Positions 51,424 to 60,390 of a stretch of 64,000 nt of DNA are shown here, piece by piece. The DNA lies in the NCBI GenBank assembly GCA_037443785.1, contig JBBINR010000003.1, positions 11,950 to 75,949 on the forward strand, written 5' to 3'. This DNA is from Ignavibacteriales bacterium. GTDB lineage: Bacteria > Bacteroidota > Ignavibacteria > UBA10030 > UBA8401. Positions within the stretch are counted from its first letter, which is position 1. The number at the start of each line of letters is the position of its first letter. The notes under the pieces are model-generated. The model did no database searches. It saw only the letters and a program-made list of their open reading frames with translations, and was not told the origin of the DNA. Both the position numbers and the translations under genes were made by a program.

Positions 51424-51805
51424 AAATCGCTGCGATCACTCGCTCTAACCGTGCTTTTACTTCATCGGCGATCGGTTTCAGCGCGGGATTTTCGACAAGT
51501 TTTTCCATGATACCCGGATTGAAGGCAGAGACAACGATTGAATCGTTTTTTTCGTATACAATAATATTGCAGGGGAGAAGCAATCCGATCTCTTTCTCAG
51601 CATGTAGCGATTTATTGGCAAACTGAGGATTGCATGCGCCGAGAATGATGTAGCGTGGAATATCAACATCGATTTTTTTCTTCAGCGTCTCTTTCATGTC
51701 AATTGTCGTGAGAACGCCAAAGCCTTCCTTTTTTAATTCTTCGGTGACTTTTTCGATCGCTTGTTCGTACGAAAGGGAAACCCTTTTTGAAATTCCGTAA
51801 TTCAT
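51422..51805 (-). CDS. DUF302 domain protein
   Basis: Start MNYGISKRV (ATG 51805); typical DUF302 length and pattern. Confidence 0.65.
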   Translation of the reverse strand: MNYGISKRVSLSYEQAIEKVTEELKKEGFGVLTTIDMKETLKKKIDVDIPRYIILGACNPQFANKSLHAEKEIGLLLPCNIIVYEKNDSIVVSAFNPGIMEKLVENPALKPIADEVKARLERVIAAI

Positions 51806-51809
51806 GTTT

Positions 51810-52271
51810 TTACTCTGTGATAATAGTTGGTTCAATAATGACTTTTGCTGTCAATGAATTGGCGATCAAGCAATTTTCATGCGCTTGATGAACAATTTCT
51901 TCAACCTGTTCTTTCGTCCATGATTGCTCAACAACAATTTCCGGTTTCACAATCACTTTTGTGAACTTATATTTTCCTTCAACATTTTCCAGCAATCCTT
52001 CTGCTGAGCTTTTGTAGGACTTGAGCGGAATTCCTTTTCGTGTTCCGAACGCTAAAAAGGTTGACATCGTGCAAATTTCAACTGCGGCGACAAGAAAATC
52101 TTCCGGAGTCCACACGCCGGGAATCCCTTTAAATTCCGGCGGACTAGAAATTGCAATCTCCGGCTTGCCTTCGGAGTTTAAAGTGCCCTGGCGTTCAGAT
52201 TTCCATGCAACGGAAGTGCGATAGGTGAACGATTTATATTTCTTTATCGGTTGAGGCGCTGTCGTTTCCAT
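51810..52271 (-). CDS. OsmC/Ohr family protein (start at METTAPQ; overlaps upstream small gene by 38 nt)
   Basis: OsmC-like core with conserved Cys in VEICTMSTF. Confidence 0.7.
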   Translation of the reverse strand: METTAPQPIKKYKSFTYRTSVAWKSERQGTLNSEGKPEIAISSPPEFKGIPGVWTPEDFLVAAVEICTMSTFLAFGTRKGIPLKSYKSSAEGLLENVEGKYKFTKVIVKPEIVVEQSWTKEQVEEIVHQAHENCLIANSLTAKVIIEPTIITE

Positions 52272-52482
52272 GTTCAATTTCTTTCTTTTCTTTTTTCGGT
52301 TTATCAACAAGAAACGCGCCGGCAAGAATTCCATATCCCGTAGAAATGTACGGATTGCTTGTAATGGGACACGTACCGCTGGCGCATCCGATAAAATGAT
52401 AATAGGCGTAGCCCGCAGTCCCGCCGATACATGCGGCAACGGCGCGCTTCTGCCAGAGTGTTAACGATTTGAAAAATTCCAT
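52234..52482 (-). CDS. Small membrane protein with CASGTCP motif
   Basis: 82 aa; hydrophobic core AVAACIGGTAGYAYYHFIGCASGTCPI. Confidence 0.5.
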   Translation of the reverse strand: MEFFKSLTLWQKRAVAACIGGTAGYAYYHFIGCASGTCPITSNPYISTGYGILAGAFLVDKPKKEKKEIEHGNDSASTDKEI

Positions 52483-52841
52483 GATGCAATTCCACCTTGT
52501 AAATTCCCGACTGTGAATCCAGCTTTTTTTAGTTTCAATGCCGCGTTGATGCTTCGGCTTCCGCTTGCGCAGTAGCAGATGATTTCTTTGCTGCGGTGTT
52601 TTTCAAGATCTTTAATTCGTGAACCAAGTTCGTGAAGCGGAATGTGGAGCGACGATGCAATCGAACGTGAGCTTCGTTCGGCGGCGGTGCGGACATCGAG
52701 CATCACGCTACTGGATTTCATCCGCTCTTTTGCTTCGGCGGCAGAATATTGAGTAACGCCGCGCATGCGAAATTGTTTTCTGAGATAGAGGAGTACAATA
52801 AGTCCAAGAATTACGTAAAAAATAATTTGATCCGATGTCAT
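52461..52841 (-). CDS. Membrane-anchored rhodanese-domain sulfurtransferase
   Basis: N-terminal TM helix; active-site loop CYCASGSRS. Confidence 0.8.
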   Translation of the reverse strand: MTSDQIIFYVILGLIVLLYLRKQFRMRGVTQYSAAEAKERMKSSSVMLDVRTAAERSSRSIASSLHIPLHELGSRIKDLEKHRSKEIICYCASGSRSINAALKLKKAGFTVGNLQGGIASWNFSNR

Positions 52842-53245
52842 TCGCCATTTCCTTTAAGTGTAGAATATCCTTCTGCTTTCCATTGATTGATTCCTCCTGT
52901 CATGCTCACTGCATTGAATCCTTTGCTCCGAAGCAGTTCTGTCGCAATGCCGCTGCGATGTCCTGAACGACAGTACACAATGATTTTTTTATTTTTGTAA
53001 GACCGCAGTTCGTCAATGCGCGATCTCAATTCTTGCAGCGGAATCAGCGGCGTATCGGCAATCCGTTCGGTGGAATTTTCCTGCGGCGTTCTCACATCAA
53101 GCAGCACAATTGTTGAATCGTTGTTCAACGCATTGCGAGTTTCTTGAACAGAAATAACAGCAGAATCATTCTGTTGGGCAATAATAAAACCTGCTGCAGC
53201 AAGAACAATTGCCGTAGCAATTATTTTTCGAGAATGTTTTTTCAT
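52838..53245 (-). CDS. Secreted rhodanese-domain sulfurtransferase
   Basis: Signal peptide from MKKHSRKIIATAIVLAAAGF; active-site CRSGHRS. Confidence 0.8.
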   Translation of the reverse strand: MKKHSRKIIATAIVLAAAGFIIAQQNDSAVISVQETRNALNNDSTIVLLDVRTPQENSTERIADTPLIPLQELRSRIDELRSYKNKKIIVYCRSGHRSGIATELLRSKGFNAVSMTGGINQWKAEGYSTLKGNGE

Positions 53246-53246
53246 A

Positions 53247-53480
53247 TTAATTGACTCCGCAGGAACCGCCGCAGCACGAACCTGATTCGCATGACGAAGA
53301 AGAAGAATCGTACGATGACGACGAATCATTTCCCATGGACATCATGGTCAGCGACATCACTTTTCGATGTTGCGCTGATCCGCAGGAAGGGCAGACGACA
53401 TCGTCTTCTACTTCGCGCACTTTGTGGAACACATCATATTTCTTTTTGCAGTCTGTACAGATATACTCGTAGGTCGGCAT
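53247..53480 (-). CDS. FmdB-family zinc-ribbon protein with Ser/Cys-rich C-terminal tail
   Basis: CTDC...CPSC plus SSSSYDSSSSSCESGSCCGGSCG. Confidence 0.65.
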   Translation of the reverse strand: MPTYEYICTDCKKKYDVFHKVREVEDDVVCPSCGSAQHRKVMSLTMMSMGNDSSSSYDSSSSSCESGSCCGGSCGVN

Positions 53481-53491
53481 TGCGCTGTCTC

Positions 53492-53866
53492 TTATGATAA
53501 TGTGATAATTTTTTTCTCAAGTAATTTTTCGTTGATGATCTTTTGCAGCTCTGCTTTCGGCAAAGCGCCCATTGCCATCATCGGCTGCTTGTCTTTTGGA
53601 ATGAACAACAATGACGGAATGCTTTGAATGCCGAACACGCCGGCGAGTTCCTGCTCTTCGTCCGTATTCACTTTGTAGAAGTTCACCTGCCCCTTCATTT
53701 CTTCGGACAGCTCATCGATGAGCGGACTTAAGAAACGGCACGGTCCGCACCACGGCGCCCAGAAATCGACGACGGCGGGAAGTTCGCCGGTGAATTTCCA
53801 TTCTTTGTTTTTTTCGTAATCAAAAATTTTTGTTAAGAAGGTGTCTTTTGTGAGCACTTCTGTCAT
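53492..53866 (-). CDS. trxA: Thioredoxin
   Basis: WAPWCGPCR active site; start at MTEVLTKD. Confidence 0.85.
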   Translation of the reverse strand: MTEVLTKDTFLTKIFDYEKNKEWKFTGELPAVVDFWAPWCGPCRFLSPLIDELSEEMKGQVNFYKVNTDEEQELAGVFGIQSIPSLLFIPKDKQPMMAMGALPKAELQKIINEKLLEKKIITLS

Positions 53867-53903
53867 ACATACTCCATTGAAAATCTTTTTGTGAATTATC
53901 TTT

Positions 53904-54107
53904 TTATATTTTTTTGACGTCAATTTTTTTGTTTGTATCGACGCCGATTGCGTGCCAAATTGGACAGTACTTAATAAACCCCGTTACAACGAAAATCAAT
54001 CCCACATACGCCCACGGGGTTTCAGGTCCCCAAAACGCAAGTGATGTAATCAATAATCCTAATAAAATTCGAATTGGCCGTTCAATAGCACCGATGTTTG
54101 TTTTCAT
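53904..54107 (-). CDS. DUF2892 (YgaP-like TM domain) small membrane protein
   Basis: 67 aa; conserved GFIKYCPIW. Confidence 0.6.
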   Translation of the reverse strand: MKTNIGAIERPIRILLGLLITSLAFWGPETPWAYVGLIFVVTGFIKYCPIWHAIGVDTNKKIDVKKI

Positions 54108-54189
54108 GATGACTTTCCTTTGTCTGAGTTGTAAAGAGAATCGTTAATGAACTATTCTTCTTGTATGATGCAATCGGACAGAAAAGGAT

Positions 54190-54471
54190 TCAGCGGCGCG
54201 TTCTCTTTTTCGGATGCTGTTTATCCAATCGGACAACAGCAAATAGTTCGGTTTTGATTTTGGTCGGAAGTTTAGGAGTTGGGTATTTCCGGTACAGATA
54301 CACTGTTTTTTTGAGCGAATCGAGCAGTGCCGTACAATTTTCACATCCGGCAAGATGTGCTTTAATTTGACGGCACGATTCAGAGTCAATTTGTTCATCT
54401 AAATTATCACACAAATGCTCGTACACTTCCGGGCAGGAAAGAATATGCTTATGTGAATGATGATGTTTCAT
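54190..54471 (-). CDS. Zinc-binding anti-sigma factor (ZAS, RsrA-like)
   Basis: HxxxCxxC motif AHLAGCENC plus extra N-terminal Cys. 4-nt overlap with the sigma gene. Confidence 0.7.
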   Translation of the reverse strand: MKHHHSHKHILSCPEVYEHLCDNLDEQIDSESCRQIKAHLAGCENCTALLDSLKKTVYLYRKYPTPKLPTKIKTELFAVVRLDKQHPKKRTRR

Positions 54472-55061
54472 GATGTCATGAACCCGTGTAATTGTTGTCG
54501 TAAAAATATTCGTGATCGTCTCAGCCTGGATTTTACTGCTGGCACAGTGAGTCCGGTAATTTTTGATGTCTCTTCTGCTGTTCGATGTTCAAGATCGCGC
54601 AGCACAAACACAACTTTGTATTCGTCGGGCAATTTCATGATCGCGTCATCCAATTGGTTTCGCAGTTCACTGTTCAGCATTTTTTCCATCGGAGTATCAT
54701 CCCACGTCGTGAGCTGCCTTTGCACTTTTTCATCCTCAACATCCGGCGCATCATCATACGATTCGAGAAGATCTTCAAGCTTCCTTCTGCGCCGTTTCAT
54801 TAAACAATTGTTGGCAACGATCGTGTACAGCCATGTTGAAAATTTTGAACGTCCGTCAAACTGATCAATCTTCCGAAAGACATTGACGAACGTATCTTGA
54901 AACGATTCTTCCGCTTTTTCTTTGTCGCGGCACAGCTTAAATGCGAATCCCCAGACTGTTTGTTCGTACCGCTGCACAAGTTTAGAAAATGCCCGCTCAT
55001 CGCCAGATTTTATTTTGGCGATAAGATCATGATCGGCGGCGGTGTCGTGAAGTTCTTTCAT
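54468..55061 (-). CDS. ECF-type RNA polymerase sigma-70 factor
   Basis: Region 2 (FQDTFVNVF) and region 4 HTH (ETSKITGLTVPAVKSRLRRSR). Confidence 0.85.
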   Translation of the reverse strand: MKELHDTAADHDLIAKIKSGDERAFSKLVQRYEQTVWGFAFKLCRDKEKAEESFQDTFVNVFRKIDQFDGRSKFSTWLYTIVANNCLMKRRRRKLEDLLESYDDAPDVEDEKVQRQLTTWDDTPMEKMLNSELRNQLDDAIMKLPDEYKVVFVLRDLEHRTAEETSKITGLTVPAVKSRLRRSRIFLRQQLHGFMTS

Positions 55062-55301
55062 TCAGTACGATGCAATGAATTCGGAAAAAGGTTCTTTGTC
55101 ATGCATGAAAGATAAAAATAAATTATGAAGGAAGAAAATATTGAGAGGTGTCTCAATTTGAAATTTACTCAAATGCAAATGTTATTCCCGCACGCTTTTG
55201 GTGGGAATCCATTGATGGATGCCCGACAGAAACATTCGGGCATGACGAATCTTAGTTAAACTAAGACGCTACAAAATGTTGCGGAAATATTTACGACTCG
55301 A

Positions 55302-55742
55302 TCAATGAAAATACTCCATATGCATTTCTTCCGCACATTTCGGGCAGAGTCCGTGACTGAACGTTGTTCCAGTGTGTTTGTTGATGTAGGTTTCAAACGG
55401 TGTCCACGAATCCTGCAGTTTCGGATCAGATTCAGGTTCACGAATTCGTTTGCATCGAGCGCAGATAGAAAGGAGTGACTCAAGCGTCTTTATTTTTGAA
55501 AGAGCGCTTTCAAGATTTTTTGAATAGAAGTGAGTGAGACCAAAAGCAATTATGCACACTACCGCTGTACACCCGCCGACGAGAAGATGTTCATCGTCAA
55601 AGTAAGGGATCTCCGGATGGAGAACAAAATCAACCAATGCATTCAAATTGGCAATAAACGCAATAATAAAAATAGAAAAAACAGCACGATAGATTGGGGA
55701 GATTAAAACAAGGCGATTGTTTTGCAGAATTGAACCGACCAT
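55302..55742 (-). CDS. Two-TM membrane protein with C-terminal CxxC...CxxC zinc-ribbon
   Basis: CARCKRIR ... GLCPKC after two hydrophobic helices. Confidence 0.45.
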   Translation of the reverse strand: MVGSILQNNRLVLISPIYRAVFSIFIIAFIANLNALVDFVLHPEIPYFDDEHLLVGGCTAVVCIIAFGLTHFYSKNLESALSKIKTLESLLSICARCKRIREPESDPKLQDSWTPFETYINKHTGTTFSHGLCPKCAEEMHMEYFH

Positions 55743-55995
55743 ACATATTCCTTCACGAATTATTTGTCTTTAAAAAATATGAACTTCTCAAAGAGAGATT
55801 ACTGAGAAAGTTGAAAAGAAGCAATTTTCTTGCAATCCGTTTTCCGATTTGGATACAACGCCCTAATTTTCACCATTTATTGGATTTTTTGCAACAAATC
55901 CGTTCTCTCTCCGTTAATGAGAAGGCATTCATCTTATGCTGCATCAAATTTTCAATGATAAAGTTTTGTAAATAATTTGTTCGTATGTTCAAACG

Positions 55996-57036
55996 ATGAA
56001 ACGCCGTTCAGCACTTATATCGCTCGTCTATCTTCCCGCTATGTTGAATTCGGGAAAATTATTTGCACAGGATCGAACATCTCTTCCTGCTCATCACAGT
56101 GATAACGGATTCATTAACACCGATCCCGATTTTGAAGAAGCGCCGATTACCGAAATGGCTCCGTGGGTTATGGAAAAATTCGGAAACATTTTTTCCAAAA
56201 CACCGAAAGTAGATATTCCGCGTTTCTATAATGACGGCTCGATTTTTAAGGAACAAAAGCCGTACACCGTTACATGGATTGGTCACTCTACTGTTTTAAT
56301 TCAAATGGAAGGAAAAAATATTCTCACCGATCCGGTGTGGGCTGAATCTGCCGGACCGTTTCGCTGGGGCGGTTCTCCGCGAATTTCGGATCCAGGATTG
56401 GACTTTTCAAAACTTCCGCCGCTTGATGCCGTGTTGATTTCTCACAATCATTACGACCATCTCGATCAATCGACAATTGAAAACATTGCCGACAATCATC
56501 CCAACGTAAAATTTTTTGTTCCTCTCCGCGTGCGCGATTGGTTTGAAGATAAAGGGATTCAAAATGTCGAAGAATTAGATTGGTGGGAAGGGGTGACATT
56601 CAACGGATTGAAGATCATCTGCATGCCGGCACAGCATTTTTCCGGACGATGGATCAACGACAAGAATCAAACGCTCTGGTGCTCATGGGCGGTCCTCGGC
56701 AAAAAGAAATTATATTTTACCGGCGATTCGGGATACTGCTCTCATTTTAAACATATCGGGAAAAATTTTGGTCCGTTCGATCTCACCATGATTCCCATTG
56801 GCGCTTACGAACCGAGAAAATTGATGAAACCCGTTCATATGAATCCCGCCGAAGCGGTACAAACATCGATGGATCTGCGCGGAAAGAAAATGCTCGGCAT
56901 TCATTGGGGAACATTTGTGATGACCGATGAGCCGATGGACGAACCTCCTCAGAAATTATATGAAGCCGTTGATGCGCAAAAATTTCCGCATGACGATTTT
57001 TGGATATTTAAGCTGGGTGAAACAAGAGAGTGGTAG
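55996..57036 (+). CDS. Secreted MBL-fold Zn-dependent hydrolase (NAPE-PLD-like)
   Basis: Signal peptide; ISHNHYDHLD motif. Confidence 0.7.
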   Translation: MKRRSALISLVYLPAMLNSGKLFAQDRTSLPAHHSDNGFINTDPDFEEAPITEMAPWVMEKFGNIFSKTPKVDIPRFYNDGSIFKEQKPYTVTWIGHSTVLIQMEGKNILTDPVWAESAGPFRWGGSPRISDPGLDFSKLPPLDAVLISHNHYDHLDQSTIENIADNHPNVKFFVPLRVRDWFEDKGIQNVEELDWWEGVTFNGLKIICMPAQHFSGRWINDKNQTLWCSWAVLGKKKLYFTGDSGYCSHFKHIGKNFGPFDLTMIPIGAYEPRKLMKPVHMNPAEAVQTSMDLRGKKMLGIHWGTFVMTDEPMDEPPQKLYEAVDAQKFPHDDFWIFKLGETREW

Positions 57037-57045
57037 AGGAAAACG

Positions 57046-57441
57046 TCATTTCGGGATGTGAAATTTTCCTGCCGCAACGGAAAGTGATCCCACAATCAGA
57101 CCGTATATCCCGCCAATGATAGGACTTAAACCGACGATGTAAATTTGTGGATTTTGATCGCCGAATATTTTTTGAAAGCCGGCAGATGCTGCCGGATTGT
57201 GCTCAAGAAAAGTTTGAAAGAATATAATCTGCACGAGTGAAAAATTAATTCCCATTCCTATGCCGGAGTACACCCCGTGTAAAAATATTTTGTGAGTGGT
57301 TTGCTTGGAAAGAATGTAAGCAGACAGAAGCGCAATGACGACCCATTCATATAATTCTCTTGATGCTGTCAAACCGAAGATCGACGCTGTCCCCATAGCA
57401 ATTCCAAAAAGCGACAAAAGCAATATCACATTCCATTTCAT
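57046..57441 (-). CDS. Integral membrane protein, unknown function
   Basis: 131 aa, about 4 TM helices. Confidence 0.45.
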   Translation of the reverse strand: MKWNVILLLSLFGIAMGTASIFGLTASRELYEWVVIALLSAYILSKQTTHKIFLHGVYSGIGMGINFSLVQIIFFQTFLEHNPAASAGFQKIFGDQNPQIYIVGLSPIIGGIYGLIVGSLSVAAGKFHIPK

Positions 57442-57521
57442 TATTGAATTTCCTCTGATAGAAAAATGAAACGCAGAATGAAAACAGAAACATCAGGGTC
57501 AATCGTTACTGCCAGCCAAAA

Positions 57522-57752
57522 TTACACAATTGCTTCGTCAAGTTCAAAGTGATCGTTCAAATCTTCCAATTCATGTTCAAGACTCGCACGGTGATCTTTT
57601 TTTTCTTCAATTAGACGGTGAAGAAGAGGCGAAATGACGCTTTCCCCTGTTTCCCGCAGAATGTTTTCATAGATAGCGATCGTTTCGTTCTCATGCTCGA
57701 TCAATTTTTCAATCACTGTCGTGATCGTCGAGTATTCATCAAGATGTTTCAT
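57522..57752 (-). CDS. Small acidic helical protein co-transcribed with korAB
   Basis: ATGA overlap with korB stop; 76 aa. Confidence 0.4.
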   Translation of the reverse strand: MKHLDEYSTITTVIEKLIEHENETIAIYENILRETGESVISPLLHRLIEEKKDHRASLEHELEDLNDHFELDEAIV

Positions 57753-59101
57753 TGATTTTTCTCCATGGCCTCTGTGAGTAACGGAATTATTTTCCCGATA
57801 TCAGATTGATATAGCGAAATTTTATCACCGTATTTTTCTCGGATGACGCTCGCAATAGATTCTGGCGGAAGTAATTTTTCAATTGTCATCCACGCCGCAA
57901 CAGCACTTACCGCTGCTCGCTGCGGCGTGCAGATTGCCCGCATTGGAATCCGGAGAATGCGGCCGGCGGCTGAAAATTCCGAAAGTGTTTCTTCAGCAAT
58001 GATTATTGACGACAGGGTGCAGCGTGCAAGTGTTCCATTTGAGGAAACTTCTTTTAATCCATCCGCTGAAGAAATAATAACGATATCGGGAATTTCGATG
58101 CCGGTGTAAAAAATATCAGTATCGCTGATACATACTTCTGAAAGTGAAAAACCAGAACCTTGTGTTACCGGATTGTCGTTTTTCTGCGTGGCATGGAGCC
58201 CGCAGGTGATTGCCGCACGCATCAACAAATACGAGGCTAATTGAACTTTTTCTCCTGCCGTTCCGGCAAGTACCCATTGTTGTTTTCCGCGAAGCGACGA
58301 AGTAAATTGCCGTTTGATGGTATCATCCTGCGACGGTTTTTGATTCCCAAGGATTTTGGATTTATACACCTCAGAAAATTCAATTCGTTTAAATCCATCT
58401 TTCAGCACATCAATGTTTTGATTTCGTTCATCAACCATTTGCTGCAGTGTTTTTCCATTGATGGCGTTTTTACCAACGGCAAACTCTGTACAGAGCTCCA
58501 TGATTTCCACCAAAGCAAACCCGGGATGATTGATTGCTGCCGCAATGATCGATGAGAGATGTTTATCCGTTGAAGAAACTCTCGAAACATATTCTGCGCC
58601 GCAACTTTTTACAATGGAACAAATATCCATCGGTGGAACGATATTCCCCCCGGGGGTCGTTGGCGTGATAAATTCAAGGGGAGAAAAACCGGAATTTTGC
58701 CCGCCGGTCATGCCATAGAGCATATTGTTGGCAACAAGAACAGTGACGTCAGCATTCATCAACGCCGCATTGACAATATGAAGCAATCCGATTGTTGCAC
58801 CTCCGTCACCGATTACGACAACCGATTTTAATTTTGAATCGTACAAAATTCCGTCAGCAAGTTCGACGCCTGTTGCAAATGCGGTCGATCGTCCGTGCGT
58901 CGTGTGAAATGTATGCGGAGTTGAAAAAAGGGAGTCGAGCACGCCGATACATCCGATATCGCTGACAATACAAATTTTTGAAGGATCCAGTTTTAACTGT
59001 GCAAACGCTTCCTCCAAATGGTTGACATAATGATGATGTCCGCATCCTTTGCAGAATGGGAATGCTGCCGATTCTTTCAAGTAGGGTGTTGACGTATTCA
59101 T
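57749..59101 (-). CDS. korB: 2-oxoacid:ferredoxin oxidoreductase beta subunit fused to gamma domain
   Basis: TPP-binding FCKGCGHH.., GDGG; C-terminal POR-gamma-like half. Confidence 0.8.
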   Translation of the reverse strand: MNTSTPYLKESAAFPFCKGCGHHHYVNHLEEAFAQLKLDPSKICIVSDIGCIGVLDSLFSTPHTFHTTHGRSTAFATGVELADGILYDSKLKSVVVIGDGGATIGLLHIVNAALMNADVTVLVANNMLYGMTGGQNSGFSPLEFITPTTPGGNIVPPMDICSIVKSCGAEYVSRVSSTDKHLSSIIAAAINHPGFALVEIMELCTEFAVGKNAINGKTLQQMVDERNQNIDVLKDGFKRIEFSEVYKSKILGNQKPSQDDTIKRQFTSSLRGKQQWVLAGTAGEKVQLASYLLMRAAITCGLHATQKNDNPVTQGSGFSLSEVCISDTDIFYTGIEIPDIVIISSADGLKEVSSNGTLARCTLSSIIIAEETLSEFSAAGRILRIPMRAICTPQRAAVSAVAAWMTIEKLLPPESIASVIREKYGDKISLYQSDIGKIIPLLTEAMEKNQ

Positions 59102-60237
59102 GGCAGTGACTCCAGGATGTCTTTCGGTGTAATCATTTTACCGAAAGAATTGATGCCGCGAATTTCTTTGCCGTCAAACAGATGCCGAATCATCGATCGA
59201 TATTGCCCGGAAAAATTTTCTTCCGCGAGAAGAACGGTTTGAACCCCCTCAGCCAGTTTTCGTAATTGCATTTCTGGGATTGGAAAGAGTGAAATCACAT
59301 TGACAAAACGAATGCGCTTTCCATTCTTCCGCGCCTCGGCAACTGCTTCGAGCGCCGTCCGGGCAGTAATTCCAAAACTGATAAGCAGCATTGTTGCATT
59401 CGGATCGTCGTCAATTTTTACCATTGCCATATCGTTTGCACGTGCTTCAATCTTTTGCTGAAGATGACGAAGCACATCAATTGTTTCGGGGGAATTTTTT
59501 TGCAATGATCCTTTTTTATCATGAGCCGATCCGGTTAACGTCGTCTTATATTTTCCTCCGACAGGAGAAAAAAGCGGAACATCGTTTGGCAATGAAAAAT
59601 CGTACGAACGATAAGGAGCAGAGTTCAGAGAACCGTTCACGAACGCCGCTCGTTCTATTGATGGAAAACTTTTTAATGAATTGAAATCAATATCTTCCGC
59701 CGTCATGCCAATTTCTTTATCTGATAGGACAACAACCGGAGTTCGGAGTGTTTCAGCCCAAAACATTGCGGCAGTGGTAACTTCAAAACATTCTTGCGGC
59801 GTACTTGGCGCAAAAATTGGAATCGTGTATCCGCCGGAAGTACAGAATTCAGTGAACAAGAGATCACCTTGTGCACTTTGGGTTGCGCCTCCGGTGCTTG
59901 GTCCCAAACGTTGAACCATTGCAATGACGACGGGAAGTTCAGTCATCAATGCATACTGTACCGTTTCGATCATCAGTGACCAGCCCGGACCTGAAGTTGC
60001 CGTCATCGCTTTTACTCCGCGTGCCGATGCGCCGACGCAGTACGCCAGCGCTGAAATTTCATCCGGTGAACTGATCGCAACGCCGTTTCGTTTTGGCAGT
60101 TCTTCAATCATTGTTTTATAAATTCCCGATGCGGGCGTAATGGGGTATCCGGCAAAGAAACGGCATCCTGCATGAAGAGCTCCTTCGGCAATCATTTGAT
60201 TGCCGGTTCGAATCTTATATTGCGGCTGAAGTGACAT
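59098..60237 (-). CDS. korA: 2-oxoacid:ferredoxin oxidoreductase alpha subunit
   Basis: N-terminal GNQMIAEGALHAGCRFFAGYPITPAS signature. Confidence 0.85.
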   Translation of the reverse strand: MSLQPQYKIRTGNQMIAEGALHAGCRFFAGYPITPASGIYKTMIEELPKRNGVAISSPDEISALAYCVGASARGVKAMTATSGPGWSLMIETVQYALMTELPVVIAMVQRLGPSTGGATQSAQGDLLFTEFCTSGGYTIPIFAPSTPQECFEVTTAAMFWAETLRTPVVVLSDKEIGMTAEDIDFNSLKSFPSIERAAFVNGSLNSAPYRSYDFSLPNDVPLFSPVGGKYKTTLTGSAHDKKGSLQKNSPETIDVLRHLQQKIEARANDMAMVKIDDDPNATMLLISFGITARTALEAVAEARKNGKRIRFVNVISLFPIPEMQLRKLAEGVQTVLLAEENFSGQYRSMIRHLFDGKEIRGINSFGKMITPKDILESLP

Positions 60238-60390
60238 AATTTTTTATTTCGAAGATGTAGATTTTTTCCTCTTATGCCTCAAAAATCGTGCTACATGAGA
60301 ATAAAGAAAATGCGGAGATTTTAGCAGATCAGTTATTGAAGATAAGAAATGAAAAAGAGAGTTTGCGAGTTCGGGAAGAAAACAGATAAG

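Noticed and set aside
55996-57036. Second metallo-beta-lactamase
   Set aside because: Its motifs (HNHYDHLD) and length fit NAPE-PLD/YjcS-type MBL-fold hydrolases, not B1 or B3 lactamases.
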